Positions 60,480 through 64,000 of a DNA stretch of 64,000 nt are shown here, piece by piece; the stretch's first letter is position 1; each line of letters begins with the position of its first letter. The translations under genes were made by a program, and so were the position numbers. The notes below the pieces were generated by a model, which saw only the letters and a program-made list of their open reading frames with translations, searched no databases and was not told the DNA's origin. This DNA comes from Gracilinanus agilis (taxonomy: Eukaryota): NCBI RefSeq assembly GCF_016433145.1, contig NC_058131.1:611962698-612026697 (forward strand). The letters run 5' to 3'.

Positions 60480-62100
60480 TTTTTTCAAATATTTTATTTT
60501 TTTCCAATTATATGTAAAAAAGTTAACATTAAAAAAATTTTTGTGTTCCAAATTCTTGCCCTCTTTCCCTCCCCTCTCATTGAGAAGATAATATTGTATG
60601 TTATATGTGTGCAGTCATGTAAAACATATTTCTATATTAGTCATATTGTAAAAGAAAACAACCACTTAAAGTTTTAAAAAAAGTATACTTGGATCTGCAT
60701 TCAGACTAGAAGACAGTTCTTTTTCTAGTGGTGGATAGCATTTTTTTAAATGTTTTAAGACTTATTTTTCCATGGTTACATGATTCATGATTTTTCCTAC
60801 CCCTCTTCACTCCTCCTGGAGCTGACAAGCCATTCCACTGGATTATACATGTATCATTGTTCAAAACCTATTTCCATGTTATTCTTATTTGCAATAGAGT
60901 GAATTTTTTTAATAGATCCAACTTTCCTACCCTTTATTCCAACTCATTCTCTCTTTTTTATTTTTAGAAAAATTTTCCATGGTTACATAATTCATGTTTT
61001 TACTTTACTCTTCACCCCCTCAAGCCCCACCCCCCAGCTAACTCGAATTTCCACTGATTTTGACATGTGTGGTCAGTCAAGACTTATTTACATATTATTC
61101 ATAGTTACATTGGTGTGGTCTTTTCAGGTCTACATCCCCTCATCAACCCAAGTGTTCAAGCAGTTGTTTTTCTTCTGTGTTTCCACTCCTGCAGTTCTTC
61201 CTCTGAATGTGGGTAGCGTTCTTTACCATAAATCCCTCAGAATTATCCTGGGTCATTGCATTGCTGCTAGTACAAACGTCCATTACATTCGATTTTACCA
61301 CAGTGTATCAATCTCTGTGCACAATGTTCTTCTGGCTCTGCTCCTTTCACTCTGCATCAATTCCTGGAGGTCTTTCCAGTTCACATGGAATTCCTCCAGT
61401 TTATTATTCCTTTGAGCACAATAGTATTCCATCACCAACATATACCACAATTTGTTCAGCCTTTCTCCAATTGAAGGGTATACCCTTGCTTTCCAGTTTT
61501 TTGCCACCACAAAGAGCCCAGCTATAAATATTTTTGTGCAAGTCTGTTTATCTATGATCTCTTTGGGGTACAATCCCGGCAATGGTATGGCTGGATCAAA
61601 GGGCAGGCATTCTTTTATCGCTCTTTGGGCATAGTTCCAAATTGCCAGCCAGAATGGTTGGATCAGCTCACAACTCCACCAACAGTGCATTAATGTCCCA
61701 ATTTTGCCACATCCCCTCCAACATTCATTACTCTCCCCTGCTATCATTTTAGCCAATCTTCTAGGTGTGAGGAGGTACCTCAGAGTTGTTTTCATTTGCA
61801 TTTCTTTAATTATTAGAGATTTAGAACACTTTCTCATGTGCTTATTGATACTTTTGATTTCTTTGTCTGAAAATTGCCTATTCATGTCCCTTGCCTGTTT
61901 ATCAATTGGGGAATGGCTTGATTTTTTATACAATTGATTTAGCTCCTTGTATATTTGAGTAATTAGACCTCTGTCAGAATTTTTTGTTATAAAGATTTTT
62001 TTCCCAGTTTGTTGTTTCCCTTCTGATTTTGGTTGCATTGTTTTTGTTTGTACAAAACCTTTTTAATTTACTATAATCAAAATTATTTATTTTACATTTT
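60480..62100 (-). mobile_element. Stack of antisense L1 3' fragments in DPCD intron 1; largest about 60960-62100
   Basis: ORF 61295-62038 is L1 ORF2 C-terminus (CWRGCGKIGTLMHCWW zinc-knuckle, PFDPAIPL, WLNKLWY). Confidence 0.92.
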
Positions 62101-62129
62101 GTAATTTTTTTCTAACTCTTGCTTGTTTT

Positions 62130-63045
62130 TAACATTTATTAATATTTATTTTTTAGAAAAGTTAACATGGTTACATGATTTATGCTCTTACTTTCCCCTT
62201 CTCCCCCCAGCCTTCCCCCCTCCCATGGCCGATATGCATTTCTACTGGTTTTAACATGTGTCATTGATTAAGACCTATTTCCAAATTGTTGATAGTTGCA
62301 ATGGTGTGGTAGTTTCAAGTCTACATCCCCCATCATGTCCGCATCAACCCATGTGTTCAAGTAGTTGCTTTTCTTCTGTGTTTCCTCTCCTGCAATTCTT
62401 CCTCTGAATGTGGGTAGCGTTCTTTACCATAAATCCCTCAGAATTGTCCTGGGTCATTGTATTGCTGCCAGTACAGAAATCCATTACATTCTATTTTACA
62501 CAGTGTATCAGTCTCTGTGTACAATGTTCTTCTGGCTCTGCTCCTTTCACTCTGCATCAATTCCTGGAGGTCTTTCCAGTTTTTTGCTTGGTTTTAAAAT
62601 CTTTCCTTTCCCAGAGATCTGACAAGTATACTATTCTGTGTTCACCTAATTTACTTACAGTTTCCTTCTTTATATTCAAGTCTTTCACCCATTCTGAATT
62701 TATCTTGGTGTAGGGTGTGAGATGTTGATCTAAACCTAATCTCTCCCATATTGTTTTCCAATTTTCCCAGCAGTTTTTGTCAAATAGTGGATTTTTGTCC
62801 CAAAAGTTGAGCTCTTTGGGTTTATCATACACTGTTATGCTGATGTCACTTACCCCAAGTCTATTCCACTGATCCTTCCTTCTTTCTCTTAGCCAGTATC
62901 ATATTGTTTTGATGACTGTTGCTTTATAGTATAGCTTAATATCTGGTACTGCTAAGCCACCTTCCTTCACGTTTTTTTTTTTTTTCATTATTTCCCTTGA
63001 TATTCTTGATCTTTTGTTCTTCCAAATAAACTTTGTTATATTTTT
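62130..63045 (-). mobile_element. Antisense L1 3' portion with an apparent internal deletion near 62580
   Basis: 3'UTR and ORF2 end, then jump to KNPLFDKNCWENW...HLTPYTKINSEW and FIWKNKRSRIS...GGLAVPDIKLYYKA segments. Confidence 0.85.
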
Positions 63046-63046
63046 T

Positions 63047-64000
63047 AAAACACTGGTATAGAAAGAAACAGTGAAAGAAAAAAGGACGGGACTAGAAGAG
63101 AGAATCAAAATGTCTGGGAATTCACAGTTGATAATTATAACTCTGAATGTGAATGGGATGAACTCACTCATAAAACGGAAGCAAATAGCAGAGTGGATTA
63201 GAAACCAAAACCCAACTATATGTTGTCTACAAGAAACACACATAAGACAGACAGACAGACAGACAGACATAGAGAGGATGGAGCAGAATCTTTTGGGCTT
63301 CAAATGAGAAAAAGAAGGCAGGGGTGGCTATCATGATCTCTGACAAAGCCAAAGTAAAAATAGATAAGGTTAAAAGAGATAGGGAAGGTAACTACATCCT
63401 AATAAAAGGCAGTATAAAGAATGAAGAAATATCAGTACTCGATATGCATGCACCAAACTTCCAAGTTTCTAAAGGAGAAGCTAGTAGAGCTCAAGGAGGA
63501 AATAGATAGCAAAACCATACTAGTGGGGGACCTTAACCTTCCCCTATCAGATCTAGATAAATCAAACCAAAAAATAAATAAGAAAGAGACAAGAGAGGTG
63601 AATGAAACCCTAGAAAAATTACAGTTAATAGATATATGGAGAAAAATAAATAGAGACAAAAAGGAATACACCTTCTTTTCAGCAGCACATGGAACATTCA
63701 CAAAGATAGACCATGTAATAGGGCACAGAAACATGGCAAACAAATGCAAAAAAGCAGAAATAATAAATGTAACCTTCTCAGATGATAATGCAATAAAAAT
63801 AGTTATTAGTAAGAATACATGGAGAGGCAAACCAAAAACTAATTGGAAATTAAATAATATGATTCTCCAAAATGATTTAATGAAAGAACAAATCACAGAA
63901 ACAATTAATAATTTCATCGAAGACAATGACAATGATGAGACATCTTACCCAAACCTACGGGATGCAGCCAAAGCAGTTCTAAGGGGAAAATTTATTTCAC
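63047..64000 (+). mobile_element. L1 ORF2 endonuclease region, sense, frameshifted; continues past window
   Basis: ATG 63110: MSGNSQLIIITLNVNGMNSLIKRKQIAEWIRNQNPTICCLQETH; later GDLNLPLS and TFFSAAHGTFTKIDH motifs; (ACAG)n expansion near 63246-63270. Confidence 0.92.

Noticed and set aside
1-64000. tRNA, rRNA, snoRNA, miRNA genes or CRISPR arrays
   Set aside because: None recognised; tRNA-like boxes belong to SINE heads, and CRISPR is not applicable to a mammalian locus.

Overview
Vertebrate (marsupial, probably didelphid opossum) genomic DNA. The basis is marsupial-type L1 peptides, MAR1/MIR-like SINEs with the 'AGACAGAAGGTAAGGG' tail and strong CpG depletion. The window is the BTRC-POLL-DPCD segment of the LBX1/FGF8 (SHFM3) locus. 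It contains the last intron and non-coding 3' terminal exon of BTRC (+, about 5508-10110), the complete 8-coding-exon POLL gene (-, 57489-49067, 560 aa, catalytic motifs intact) and the first coding exon of DPCD (+, 59044-59107), head-to-head with POLL at a CpG-island promoter. Main discovery: a multi-exon gene on the minus strand between BTRC and POLL (about 42.7-31.6 kb) that the ORF track only shows in fragments. Its frame-compatible exons, mostly with canonical splice sites, assemble into a roughly 680-aa protein with a long Ser/Pro/Gly-rich N-terminus and a C-terminal region following protein-kinase subdomain order but lacking the catalytic motifs (probable pseudokinase), ending in a stop codon and AATAAA. 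I do not recognise this gene. Also present: several homeobox/TCF/SOX-motif-rich candidate enhancers, a four-hairpin cluster in the BTRC 3'UTR, a decayed intronic copy of one exon of the new gene, a (CG)10(TG)15 tract in the POLL 3'UTR, many L1/L2/CR1/SINE/hAT remnants and one 337-nt assembly gap. All calls were made by eye; repeat boundaries are approximate.
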